A stretch of DNA of 64,000 nucleotides from Camelus ferus. Taxonomy: Eukaryota. The notes beneath the pieces were generated by a model. It was not told the DNA's origin. It ran no database searches and worked only from the letters and a program-made list of their open reading frames with translations. A program made the translations under genes and the position numbers. Below are positions 1-11,770 of this stretch, piece by piece (positions within the stretch are counted from its first letter, which is position 1; each line of letters begins with the position of its first letter). The stretch spans positions 12,092,001 through 12,156,000 of the forward strand of contig NC_045696.1 of the NCBI RefSeq assembly GCF_009834535.1, written 5' to 3'.

Positions 1-258
1 AGGACAAATGACTGTGTGGTCAGAGATGGGAGCAAGTTGAAATAATTGCTGAATCCTCTCTTTAGTGCTGAAGGACAGCTTTCTGTTTTTGACTTTGCCT
101 TGAAGTAGATTTTTCATTTTGAAATTAAATGACGATTTTTAAATTCCATATGAGCCTTTGACACATTTATTTGTTTTGGATTTTTTATCACAAATTTGGG
201 AAACGGCTTACTTACCTAAGAAGAGCGGTTTGGTACCCTTTGCTGTGGTCCCTCTAAG

Positions 259-276
259 TTCCACCAGGGGGCGGTC
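259..276 (+). promoter_or_regulatory. CTCF motif (forward)
   Basis: TTCCACCAGGGGGCGGTC is a near-perfect match to the core CCACCAGGGGGCGC. Binding is not demonstrated. Confidence 0.6.
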
Positions 277-289
277 TGGGAGGCATTAT

Positions 290-480
290 TAGTGGAGAGA
301 ACTTCAGTGCTGAAGCCACTGAGATCTAGGTTCAAATCCAGCTCTGCCCATGCTTGCCTCTGACCTTATGAAAGTACTTTTTCTGTGGCCTTTTCTTTTT
401 CGTTTGTAAGATGGGGATCATGTTTGTCTCATAGAGGGCGTAGGAGGGGCAAAGATACATGGTAAAACCTTCATAAGTTA
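290..480 (+). mobile_element. MIR-like SINE remnant
   Basis: ggttcaaatccagctctgcc...tgacctt...tgtaagatggggatcat resembles the MIR core; heavily diverged. Confidence 0.5.
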
Positions 481-1176
481 TGGTCCATGACGATACCAGG
501 TCCAGACGTACAAACATGAAGTATCAATTAAGTGATTAATTGAAATAAAGTTTCTCTGTGAACCACCAGTTTCCCTCACCTCTTTTTCTGTGTTTCCTTG
601 GGTTTCCCAGAGTTGATTGATTTATGTACTTAAGTCTTCTAGCTAATTTGATATAATTTGGGGGCTCAAAGGGAATACCCTCATTTATATAATTTGTTGC
701 CTGTCTCAATGCTGTAACTTTTCTCTATGTATTTGTACTACTGTGGACTTTTTGAGCAAAAATGGTATCTGGACAGAAGAGAACGGAAGCACAGAGATTA
801 CTCCTATTTCTCTGGGTCCCATATCAAGACCCTTACAACCTCTTCCTGAGGTTAATAATCTTTTCCCCCCTGTACTGGAGATTTTTGATTACTTTAGCAT
901 TAATTTTCAGGTCTGTGACATGTATAGGGTGGGAAAAGACATACAGAGTGATGTTGAGGAATTGTTTAGAAGCCAGAACTGTAGCTAAATTTGGGAATAT
1001 GAGTTCTAAGTTTCCACTCTGAGTCTTAATGGGGTCAGCACAAGACAAATCCTGGGATGTGATGAGCATTTGATTTCAAGTACCAATTGTGAAAAAATAG
1101 ATTTACAAATTGATGACCATGCCTCATAAGTTATTTATGATGAAGTCCTAATTAGACTTCTCTTTGTCATTTTCAG

Positions 1177-1258
1177 CTGTACAAAGAAATTGAAATCTGT
1201 CCAAAAGTCACTCAGCACATCCAGATTGAGAAGTCAGATACAGCCAGTGATAATTATG
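1177..1258 (+). CDS. TIAM1: TIAM1 internal coding exon (phase 0 to 1), start of PDZ domain: LYKEIEICPKVTQHIQIEKSDTASDNY(G)
   Basis: Acceptor tctttgtcattttcag at 1176 and donor G|gtatgt at 1259. The 82-nt exon translates to a peptide I recognise as TIAM1 and splices in frame to the exon at 8193, forming the PDZ YGF loop. Confidence 0.95.
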
Positions 1259-1648
1259 GTATGTTTACTTTTCTTTGATCTTGGGTGTTCTTCAAGTTAA
1301 AACAATTCCTGTGTAAACATGTACTTACTTACAATTCAATAAAATGCCTTGGAGGCCTATTTAAAACAGATAGCCCATCTGGCTTCTGTGCTCTGCATAA
1401 CAGCCAAACTTGGGGAAAAAAGAGATATTTACCAGGGCATGACCAAGATTGTAGCTTTAAATATCATAACTTTGATCATTAGGGGAGGGTGTCTACTGTC
1501 TTCAAAAAGAAATAGATACATTGGGAGTAGACTTTTATATGATGATGTGCCCTGGTGATGAGGAAATGATCCTTTCACACCTCTGTGTCCCAAATATATG
1601 TAATATTCTCCCTTCCCCCACAAATGATGTTAAAAGGACTTCTTTTGG

Positions 1649-2189
1649 TGTGTGTTGGGGTCTCCAGGCCCATCCCTAGGCTCCCCGATTCACTAAGAGG
1701 GTCCACCAGACTCAGTTCCCTGTTGTATTCATGACCATGATTTGTTACAGCAAAATTATACAAAACAGCATCAGTAAAAGGGAGAGGCACGTGGCGTGAA
1801 GTCCAAGGAAACCAGGTGCAAGCTTCCAGAAGTCCTGCCCCGGTCCCACAGGATGTCCACAAGTCCCCCAGCCACGAGCTGGGATGATGTGTGTGAAATT
1901 TTGTCTAGTAGGAAGTTTGTCAGTGATTCGGTGCCCGGGGCTTTTATTGGGAGACTGGTCACGTTGGTACCCTCCGCCCAGTGTGTACCGAACCTCCCAG
2001 ACTCCCAGGAGGAAAGCAGGTGTTCAGCATCAACCACACTGTGTACAAATTTTAGACACAATGTGCCACATTTGTGTAGTGGGAACCCTCCCAAAATCCA
2101 AGTTCCCAGATGCCAGCCAGGAGCCAGACTTGTAAGCAGGCCTTTCAAAGAATAGCAGTCAGGCCTGCTATGTTAACAGTTTTCACACA
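1649..2189 (-). mobile_element. Solo LTR, MER21-like (ERVL class)
   Basis: TG...CA ends. Segments such as gaaaccaggtgcaagcttcca and ccaagttcccagatgccagcc...caggcctgctatgttaac match the recalled MER21 consensus. tttatt gives a minus-strand polyA signal. Confidence 0.75.
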
Positions 2190-3788
2190 GTTGTCTGCAT
2201 TCCCTTGTAGTTAAATATATAATCCCTTCCATATATTTAAGGCTGGTCTTCTTAGCACTACACTGTATGACTTGGATAGTAATAGAGTTGACGGTTGAGT
2301 AAAAGACATAGGGAAATCTGTCCTGGATTGGGGCTCCATCAGTCAGAGGTGGCGAGGTTAGCTGAGTCAGTGACAGTCACCAAAGCTCAGGGGCTCACAA
2401 CAGCGAAATCCTTTCTCGTATTCGCCATGCCTCCTCCCTGGGCTGGCTGGGACTCTTTCTGTATGTTGCCCTCACTCTAGGACAGAGGCCTGGGGCAGCT
2501 GCCACCTGGGACATTGTCTGTCTCTTGGCAAAGGGGGAAGAGAAGAGGTGGTGAATCGGGTGCTGGCTCACTCCCAATTCACTTGTACAAGCAAGTCGCC
2601 TGGATGGGGGCCAGAGAAGTGTAGTCCTACTATGTGCCAGAAAGAGGAGAGTTAGAAAACCTGGTGAAAAGATAGAAAGGCCACTCCCTTGCCAGTGCTC
2701 TCTGAATGAACTTACGAGGCTTCTGTGCATTTGATAATCTTTAAGCCCCTTTCTGGGCTGCAGCATCTTCGATTCCTTCCGCAGCCTCTCCCGCAGGCCA
2801 CCAGTCTGTGTCTCGGAGCACTTCCTGGAGTGCTTTGGCCCCATGATGGGAACCTAATTTTGAACCCTGGCCACTTGCATTACACCTTCACGCTGTTTAC
2901 TTCTTGACCTTACGGTGAAAGACATCAGATAGCCAGCGGATGTTCTGGATGGCAAGGGATAGACGTGTGTGAGAGGCATATTGTGCAGCAGAGGCCTGGC
3001 CTCAGTAACTAAGCAGTAACTGGCAGCAGCGCTGTAAACAAGCATCTGCGTCCCCCGCCAAGTGAAAGGCACCACGACAGTCACTCTTTTCTCTTTGGTT
3101 TACTCAATTTCTCTTGAGTAACGGTAAAAATGTAGCAAGAAGCAAGAGAGGGCTGAATTTTGAAAGCTCTTGGAGTCAGATTCCAAGATTGGTTGGTTTT
3201 TGGACTCAGAAGCTCGGCATAAAACCGCTATACTTTCTTATACTTTTTTATTAAAGTGACCGAGTGCTCACGGGGCCTGTTTACATTTCCGCACTGAAGG
3301 TGTGGACGCGTCGGCCTCGAAGGTCTCGTCAGCAGTGCTTCTCACGCTACCTGACGCGCAGAAGCAGGGCGCTGGGGGGTTTGTTTTCATTTCAGATCTG
3401 TCCTGGACCACCACTGCTTTTGTAAACTACGGAAGCCCTTGCTTGTGTCAGCATAGGACGACTAGGTTCTCAGTGCAGAGTCTTGATTTCTGTCCATCCA
3501 TGGCTGTCAGTAGCAAACTGTCTGTAGCTCCTGGACCTCGCTTTGGAAAGCCTGCCATCCAAGGCTAATAACCTCCGCTAAACCATCCCTTCTCAGCGCC
3601 CAGTTGGCAGAAGATGTTCTCACAGCACATTGAGAAGTTCGAGTCTCCCAGTCCTAGAAGACAGGGTTGCATCTGACCTGAAAAGCCACCAAGCCTTCTA
3701 AAATCAGCCCATCTTGCTCTCTTGTTAGTCCCGAAGTGTGGCTTCCTGCTGTGCACAGGGTTCAATGTAAAAGTTCCTAGCACATGTC

Positions 3789-3790
<2 letters not shown>

Positions 3791-3820
<30 letters not shown>
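3791..3820. repeat. (CA)15 microsatellite
   Basis: Read directly from the sequence. Confidence 0.98.
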
Positions 3821-3823
<3 letters not shown>

Positions 3824-4334
3824 TAATGAGAAACCAAATGCTGCCTTCTGTGGTAGGACACTTTAGGGAGGAAATATGACTTAATAATCCTGCTGACTAA
3901 ACCAATGGAAAGATTTAACACTGGCTTGATTTCTCTGTCTTGCCCCTCCCTCCACCTCAGCCCTCAGGACTCTGACCTTGTTGTTGAAATTAGTTCAAAT
4001 AGTTTTGTAATAGGCTAAGCATGACCCTGATCCCCTAGGCTGTCTCGAGGTGGAAGAACGCATCATTTCAGCAACTGAGCACTCCTTCCTCTCTGGGGGC
4101 TTCTTATCCTGGTATCTTTCTGGTCTTGGGTCCCCTTGATGTCAGAGATGTCTGTCCTTTTCTCTCTCTCGGTTTCACAGTATCCTGGACTTGGGTTTTG
4201 AGTCCTTCTGTTTTGTTTATCCTGCTGTCATGGTTTGTCTTTGGCCATGAATCTCAGTATGAGGGATCTTCTGGTTATTTAGCATATGAGTTTGTCTTCT
4301 TGGTTTCTTAGTTTTAATCACTTCCTTCATTTTC

Positions 4335-4607
4335 TTTCTTTATTTTAAAATATATTTTTATTGAAGTATAATCAGTTTACAATGTTGTGTCAATTTCTGG
4401 CGTACAGCACAGCACTTCAGTCATATAGGAACATACATATATTCATTTTCATATTCTTTTTCACTAAAAGTTACTGCAAGATATTGAATATGGTTCCCTG
4501 TGCTATACAGTATAAATTTTTTCTTTATCTATTTTATATATATTAGTTAGCATCTACAAATCTCTAACTCCAATTTATCCCTTCCCGCCCGCTTCCCCCA
4601 CTGGTAA
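4335..4607 (-). mobile_element. 5'-truncated L1 3' end with 16-bp target-site duplication
   Basis: T-rich tail followed by ttgaagtataatcagtttacaatgttgtg, flanked by the exact direct repeat cacttccttcattttc (4319-4334 and 4608-4623). Confidence 0.85.
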
Positions 4608-4813
4608 CACTTCCTTCATTTTCAAGATCATATGCCACTCACGGTGGCTCCTGGTCTTTGCAACTATAAGCCTTCTGATGGGGTGGATATATTGAGTTTA
4701 TATTGAATATCTCTCTCTGCCCTCTATTGGCAGTCAATTTGGACTGTATTACATTTGTTTGCTGGAAATTAGATTGTTGCTGTCCTATTTAAAGGAAAAA
4801 AAAATTCTGACTT

Positions 4814-5528
4814 GAATGGTTATCAAAAAGTCTACAAAGAAATGCTGGAGACAGTGTGGAGAAAAGGGAACCCTCCTGCACCATTGGTGGCAATGTAAAT
4901 TGGTATAGCCACTATGGAAGACAGTATAGAGGTTCCTTAAAAGACTAAAAATAGAGCTACGACAGGATCCAGCAACCCCACTCCTGGGTGTATACTGGAA
5001 AAAAAGAAAACTCCAATTCAGAAAGATACATGTACCCCAGTGTTTGTAACAGCACTGTTTACAATAGCCAAGACATGGATACCATGGAATATTATTATTA
5101 TTTGCTCGTGGAAAAGGATGAAATATTGTCATTTGCAGCAACGTGGATGGACCTAGAGAATATTATGCTTAGTGAAATAAGTCAGACAGAGAAAGACAAA
5201 TACTATATGATATTGCTTATTTGTAGAATCTAAAAAGTAATACAAATGAATTTATATACAAAACAGAAACAGACTAAGACATAGAAAACAAAGGGTTACC
5301 AAACGGAAAGGGGAGATGGATAAATTAGGGACATGAGATTAACAGATACAAACTACTACATATAAAATAGATAAGCAACAAGAATTTACTGTATAAGACA
5401 GAGAATTATTTCCAGTATCTTGTAACACATACAATGGAATGTAAGCTGTAAAAAAAAAAACAACCGTGACTCACTAAGCTATACATCTGAAACTAATGCA
5501 ACATTGTCGTTCAACTGTACTTCAGCTA
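4814..5528 (+). mobile_element. 5'-truncated L1 (end of ORF2 plus 3' UTR) with TSD
   Basis: L1-typical text (gagaaaagggaaccctcct..., ORF-track peptide [22 protein letters not shown]), flanked by aaaaaattctgactt / aaaaaatcctgactt (1 mismatch). Confidence 0.9.
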
Positions 5529-6109
5529 AAAAAATCCTGACTTTGCTGATTCACTGAGATCATTGTGCTCTTCGTTAACCTTAAAATAATCCAGCTGTAG
5601 GATGTTTTCTTTATGTTTCCCACACTACCTGATGTGCAGAGGATGTCCTAGACTGTCACATCTAGGAGATGTTATAATCCCCACCTTCCCCCAAGGGTGC
5701 AAATTACTGGCGTCTTGAAATGGAGGCTGCTCCTTGGGACTCTTGCGCCCTTGGTAGTGTATGCTGCACCGCCGAGTGGGGAGGGCTGTCTTTCTGAACA
5801 GACAGGAGCTCCTGTTTGCCTGATCCCTAAATTTGTCCTCCAGTGTGAAATCCAGAGCAAAGCCAAGTGCTGTTTACATTTGCAAATTGTTGGCTTCCAT
5901 GTATGTGATCTTCCCAAAGGACCTTATTGCCGTCATCCTTTTTCAGTCCTCTTTCCTACCATGGAGATTTCCCCACCAATTTGTAGAGCTTAATCTGTTT
6001 CTCAGATCCATTCTTGGTACCCAGTTGCCCAGTGCAGATTTCCTGGGCACTGGCAGCCTTCAGACAGGATGGCTCCCCACCATCTACCCCACTCCCATTA
6101 TTACCTTTT

Positions 6110-6258
6110 TTTAAAAAAACTTTTTGTTTATTTGTTTTTAGGGGGAGAAGAGACAATCCAGTTTATTATTATTGTTTGTTTGTTTGTTTTTTAATGGAGG
6201 TGCCAGGACCTCGTGCATGCTAAGCACACATCCTACCACTGAGTTATATCCTCTCCCT
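6110..6258 (-). mobile_element. tRNA-Ala-derived camelid-type SINE (vic-1-like), internally deleted
   Basis: ccaggacctcgtgcatgctaagcac...accactgagttatatcc, with the exact 14-bp TSD cattattacctttt (6096-6109 and 6259-6272). Confidence 0.85.
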
Positions 6259-8192
6259 CATTATTACCTTTTGATCGTTAAACAGGAGCACCAAGTAAAG
6301 AAGGAACGCAGCAATTGAATACCTGCCTAGCCATCACCACTGCCCTTGGTTTAAGGTGACTTGCGGTAGGCTCGTAGCACATCACCTCTCCTGGCATCTT
6401 CCATTCAGGCGAGCTCTTCCGCTGGCCCCCAGCAGTGTGTTCATTTTATTTTTGAATTAAAAAAAAAAAAAAACAGACTTTAAAAACTTTGGTCTCAGAA
6501 CTTCATAAAATGGGAACGTTTTAGAAAGGAAACGCTGGTTGTTGTTGATAGTATAAATGGTTGTATTAAAAAGAACATCACACTGTTTAATCTTTGCACA
6601 GGTGAAGGTGAAAGAGTGAGTCGACTACAGCCTTATGGGGGTAAAACACTGACTTAGGAACAGTACAGCTGGCTGTCCTCATGAAATGTGTTTCCTCTCC
6701 ACTCCCGCCAAATAGCACTTCTCCTTGAACGACATGTACGGGACAAAGTAGGCATGGAAATGGTACATACATAATCCGTTTTAAAATGGGAAGTGCCTGT
6801 ATTTTAATGAATTCTCTCCATCCTTTCCTTCGATGTAGTCCTTGATTCTGTATCAATTCTAACAGATAAAAGAAAAAAGAATCTCGCCTGAAATGCAGGT
6901 AAATACACCTGTGTTAAGGCTCGTGTCCCTTAAATGGCTCGTGTCTAAAGTGATTTTTATTTGAGCAGGGCTCCTTGAAGAGTTATCTGAAAGCTACAAG
7001 CTGCTTATAGAATGGAATTTAAAATACGAGAATAAAATAAAGCCTTTGGAAAGTCCTCCGGGGGTGGCCTTGTGTTGTTCCCTGTCTGGGGGAGTTAACG
7101 ATACCCTGGTGGGCGATGGCAGTTGGCAGTTTTGCTTACGTGTGGGTATCTATTTCCTGGTCCTGTGAATGACTCAGGAAAACACATGTTCATTATGACA
7201 CAGCCTAAGAAGTCTTAATGAATCCCTGGGCCCCAGTCCTGTCATTAATTATTGGGGTTTTTTGTTAGTTGCCTAACCACTGTTTCTTCCTCTGTCTTTT
7301 TTCCTTTGCCTAAGCCTTATCTCTCTCCCAGAGCTGAAATTATATTAAATCTTTTATAATTGCATTCATTCCCTTTGTCCTTTTAGGAGTATCCGCCAAG
7401 ATATTTTATCCTGAGGGAAAGTAGGTATTGATTGTGGGCATTCCACTAACTGATCAGGAAAGAGTTTTCTATGAGACTGTCTAGAAGCAGAGGTGACCAG
7501 GGCTTGTAGCCATAGGATTGGGAGCATTTAGGACCTTGGGACCTTTTTTTTTCTAAAGGATGTAGCACCAAGATTAACTGACTAACGGCTTTGAGTTCTG
7601 GAAGCCTGGACAAGTATAAGATAATCTTATGATCAGACACTCGGGGAATGTGCAGTCCAGTCAGTTTCAAACATGAAAAACCATTTGTGAAGTGAGTTGC
7701 TCCTTATGCCTGTTTGCAGAGTTTTACTAAACTAAAGCAGGGTCCACACAGCAGCAATGTACAAGGATGAACACACACCATACACAGTTGTTCTGCTGTG
7801 ACATATCCTAGGGCACGGATTTGCTCAACAAAGTCAGCGGGACCCACTTGAGATAAGCTCATTGTTTCTGTTTTGTGCTGAGGAGGAAACTTAAAAAAGC
7901 AAAACTATGGCATTTACTAGCAAACAAGGTAAAACAAAGTAACTTCCTTCCGTTTGAGTTGAGAGGTAGGTTGTAGTGAAGATAGATGCACCTGGAAATG
8001 TTCATTTTTACAGGTGGTGACTTCCTTTAGCATGATCTAAAAAAAATGTTATTCTGCTTTGTAAAACAATATGAACAAGGAAAATCCATAACCCAAAACA
8101 ACAAACATGCCTGGTTCACAGCAGGTACTTCCGATCATTCGCTCAGCACTCAGGAGGTGTGAGCCTCACCGCGCTGTCTCTGTGTTTCCTAG

Positions 8193-8279
8193 GGTTTTCA
8201 CTTTCTTCTGTGGAAGAAGATGGTGTCCGAAGGCTCTACGTGAACAGTGTGAAGGAAACTGGCTTAGCTTCCAAGAAAG
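8193..8279 (+). CDS. TIAM1: TIAM1 coding exon (phase 1 to 1), PDZ: (G)FSLSSVEEDGVRRLYVNSVKETGLASKK(G)
   Basis: Acceptor tctctgtgtttcctag and donor AAG|gtcggt. 87 nt, frame continuous with both neighbours. Confidence 0.95.
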
Positions 8280-8856
8280 GTCGGTCACTAAGTGTCTTGT
8301 CTGTCTATCTTAAATTCCCTTTCATCTTTCTCTAGTTGGTGGGTGAGAAGGATATGCCCAAAGGGTTCATCTGTAAAGACCATTTAAATGTTGTCTTATT
8401 GAAAACCCTTCCACGGAATGTGCATATTATTTCCATAAATTCAGTTGTGCAGGGAACGTTGCCTTCTTGAATTTTAAATCTGATTCTGAGCCCATTTCCA
8501 TGGGGCTGGTGGGAAATTTCCTTCTAATGGTAGATGGTTGTCTTTGTCCTTCCCTGCCTTCTGAGGTGGAATGGGGGTCCTGGGGGTCCGCCTGGAGCAG
8601 AACATTCCAGAAGACCCCTCTGTGCTTTGGTCAAAGGTGACAGTGGCCTTTGCCTTCACCTGCGAAGCCCCTCATGTTCTGTTGCTGCCATGGATGGAGG
8701 GATCCAGGGCTTCAGGATTCAGACTTCTGCCCCGCCCCTGAGGGCTCTTCTCCGCCACCCCTGCCCGCGGCCCTGCCGTCTAGGCTGTTTGTGCAACCTC
8801 AGCTCTCCATCACTTTTCGACTCCAAGAATCCTTTCAACCTAGATTTTTTGCCTCC

Positions 8857-9305
8857 TATGTTAGTTTCCTAGGGCTGCATTCAGAAATCACCACAAACTG
8901 GGTGTTTAAAAACCACAGGAATGTACACAGATCAGGAGGCTAGAAGCTTGAAATCAAGGTATTGGCTGGCTTGTTTCCTTCTGGAGCCTCTGCCGGGAGG
9001 ATCTGTCTCCTGGTTCCTTCCCGAGTCTGCTGGCTGCTGGTAGCCCTTGGCACCCTTGGCTTGTAGCCTCATCACTCTAATTTCTGCCTCTGTCCTCATG
9101 TGGCGTCATTTCCTGTGCATCTCTCTGTGTCTTCACATGGCCTTACTCCAAGAACACCAGCCACTGGATTTAGGACCCACTCTAATCCAGTATGACTTCA
9201 TCCTGACTTAATTACCTCTGCAAAGACCCTATTTCCAAATAAGGTCACGTTCTGATGTTCTGGGTGGATGTGAATTTTGGGGGGACACTAGTCAAGTCGT
9301 CATAC
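8857..9305 (-). mobile_element. MaLR LTR (MLT1-like)
   Basis: ttagtttcctagggctgc...caccacaaactgggtg...ctgcaaagaccctatttccaaataaggtcac are typical MLT1 segments. Confidence 0.85.
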
Positions 9306-10260
9306 TCACTGTAAACAAATTGGGCAGGAAAGTAAGGTTTAAAATCCACCTTCATTTCATTTCATTCTTGCTGTAGAACGTTTAGCTTCCTCCAGGCAAA
9401 ATAGCGCTCACTGAAGGCAGAAGTCTAAGCTGTCTCGGCCAGTCGTGCTTGGATGCAGTCTGCCTGTGTCTGTTCCACTGAGGACGGCTGAATGGAGCCG
9501 CGGGAAAAGGATGGAGTGTCTGCCCACCTTTCCTCCCTCCTTCCGGTTCTGGCGCAGCTTAGTCCTGGGTGTTCATGGCTTGCAAGCTCCCTGTGCAGCT
9601 TACCCTTTGCCCTGTGCTGTAAGCACTGGGGCGTTGCTGCCCACAAGCTTGGCTCTGCAAAGACATGGCGAAGGTGTGACAGACGGGAACTGAAGTCCCA
9701 GTAATTTATCCATCGCTAGCTGTCATGGAGGAGGACTTCCCTTCATTTTTCCTTCCATATTTTCGAGGCCAAAGGCGACCTGGAGGCCAGAGTTCGACGC
9801 ACTCACTAAGTGTATCTCAGCTAAGAGCAGAGGTGACGGGGTTTATTCCCCTTTAAGGCCCAAACTGATTTTTATCTCTTTCAGTGAGTGTGCCGGGTGG
9901 CGTGGTGCGGAGGTGGGGGAATACGCGGCCCTGCTTTTAGTCACATCCTGTTTTAGTCCTTTGAATCCAAGAACCCTGGTGTTAGATAAAAACAAACTGT
10001 TGTCTGCTCCAACCCCCTTGCCCCACAGCGCGCTGTTCCCTCCAGGTGCGGCCGTCATGCCCGTTAGTCCTCCTAGGGGGCAAACACTGTCAGGCTGTCA
10101 GGGGAGATATTGGGGTATTTGATGTTAAATGTAGCCTCTACACGAAGCCCTCCTGATGCTGGAGAGCTCACTGGGGACCGGACTGCCTCTTTGCAGACAT
10201 CTCAGATTAGAAGACATCCTCCTCGTTCAGCTTTTGGTCACTGTTTTGCTTTCTTCTTTA

Positions 10261-10398
10261 ATTAATTAATTGATTAACTTTGGGGGGGCTGGGGGAGGTG
10301 GTTAGGTTTATTTATCTTTAGGGAGGTACTGGGGATTGAATCCAGGACCTTGTGCATGCTAAGCATGCGCTCTACGCCTTGAGCTATACCCTCCCCCG
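10261..10398 (-). mobile_element. tRNA-Ala-derived camelid-type SINE
   Basis: The reverse complement reads GGGGGAGGGTATAGCTCAAGGCGTAGAGCGCATGCTTAGCATGCACAAGGTCCTGGATTCAATCCCCAGTACCTCC (A box, AGC anticodon-like loop, B box), followed by an A-rich tail. Confidence 0.9.
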
Positions 10399-11049
10399 GC
10401 CTTCCTTCTTTATAGCTATCCGTTGATATGCATCATGCTACAACTGCCAAGTCTTTTCCACATTTGACGCTCCCAGATCCTTCAACAAGTCATTAGAATG
10501 TAGAATCCAACTCCGGTGACTGCCCTCTGGACACAGTCCAGATGCCAGTGTTCCTTAAAATGACCAGAATGTGGTGCCACCAAGGGGAGTCTGGTGAGAT
10601 GCAGCCTAATTAGAATGGAACATCCTGTTGGCATTAACTGACCCTGCACCTTACTGCTTTCTGTGAGCCACCTTCGGCTTTTGGCCTGTGGCAGTTTCAC
10701 TCCCATGTTCCTGCTGTCCCTGCCCCTGCTCGCAGTTGCATCTCATGTTGGCTGTCCTTGTGGAAGGGACCCTTTGAACCAAAGTGTGTTACTTTGCACT
10801 TACCTCTCTGTCCGTCCTGGGCATGTTTGTTTTGGCCCAGTACTCTGCTCTTGGAGTTACATCAGGCGTCTTCTTTGCTGTCATCTAGGTGTCTTCCTGT
10901 GGCTGCACAGGGCAGAGCCCAGTGGAGAAAACCACGTGCCACATTTCTCTAGATAGCTTGGATACTTCACGATTTTTACCGTGGGCAGGTGGGGATTATT
11001 TTTGAGTAGGCTGAAATTTTTTTTAAAAGTTATCTTCTTCTACCAAGTA

Positions 11050-11200
11050 TTAATAGTGAGAGTTAACATCTGTTGAATGTCTTCAACATGCCAAGTGCTG
11101 TGCGAAGACTTTTACATGGATCATTTCATTTAATCTCATTTAGCTCAGTCCCCTGTTACATATGAGGAAACTGAGGCTGGGAGAGATTGAATAATAAACA
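11050..11200 (-). mobile_element. MIR remnant
   Basis: atttcatttaatctca...atgaggaaactgaggct is the MIR core. Confidence 0.65.
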
Positions 11201-11324
11201 GTGGGGGGGTTGTGACAGAAGGACCCAGTGAGGCACTGCATCAGCCGCCCCCCCCCCTCCCCGCAGTGCTGAGACTCCTCCTCTCACTCGCTGATACTGA
11301 GAAGCACTCACTCGGGTGGCCCCC

Positions 11325-11770
11325 TGTGTTGGTTTCCTAGAGGTTGCCATAACAAAGAACCACAAACCAGGTGGCTTAAAAAGCAGAATTGTATTCCCAC
11401 TGTTCTGCAGGGCAGAGTCTGAAGCCAACGCGTCTGTAGAGCTGTGGTCCCTGTAAAGGCTCTGGGGAAGGAGCCTGCCTGGCCTCTTCCAGCATCTGGT
11501 GGCTCCAAGCATTCATCAGCTTGAGGCCACATCCCTCCAAGCTCAGTCTTCGTCTTCACATGCTGTCTCCTTTCTGTGTCCCTCGTCTGTGTGTCTCCTA
11601 CAGGGACACTTGTCAGTGGGTTTAGGACCCATTGGACGATCCAGCATGATCTTATCTCAAGATCCTTTGCTAAATTATAACTGCAAAGGTCCTGATTCTA
11701 AATCGGGCCATGTTCCCAGGTTCTGGGACATGGACATACCCTATTAGGGACCACCATTCAACCGACTACA
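11325..11770 (-). mobile_element. MaLR LTR (MLT1-like)
   Basis: TG...CA ends, gttgccataacaaagaaccacaaaccaggtggcttaaa, atctcaagatcctt. Similar to the element at 8857. Confidence 0.85.

Noticed and set aside
1575..2155. Overlapping 83-125 aa ORFs on both strands
   Set aside because: They fall inside a MER21-like LTR and have no splice context or recognisable homology.
4785..5233. ORFs of 81-118 aa (similar ones at 39.4-40.2 kb and 55.3-56.6 kb)
   Set aside because: They lie within decayed L1 sequence and show no intact ORF2.
10321..10398. tRNA-Ala(AGC)-like sequence
   Set aside because: It occurs in five diverged copies with A-rich tails and TSDs, so it is a SINE head and not a tRNA gene.
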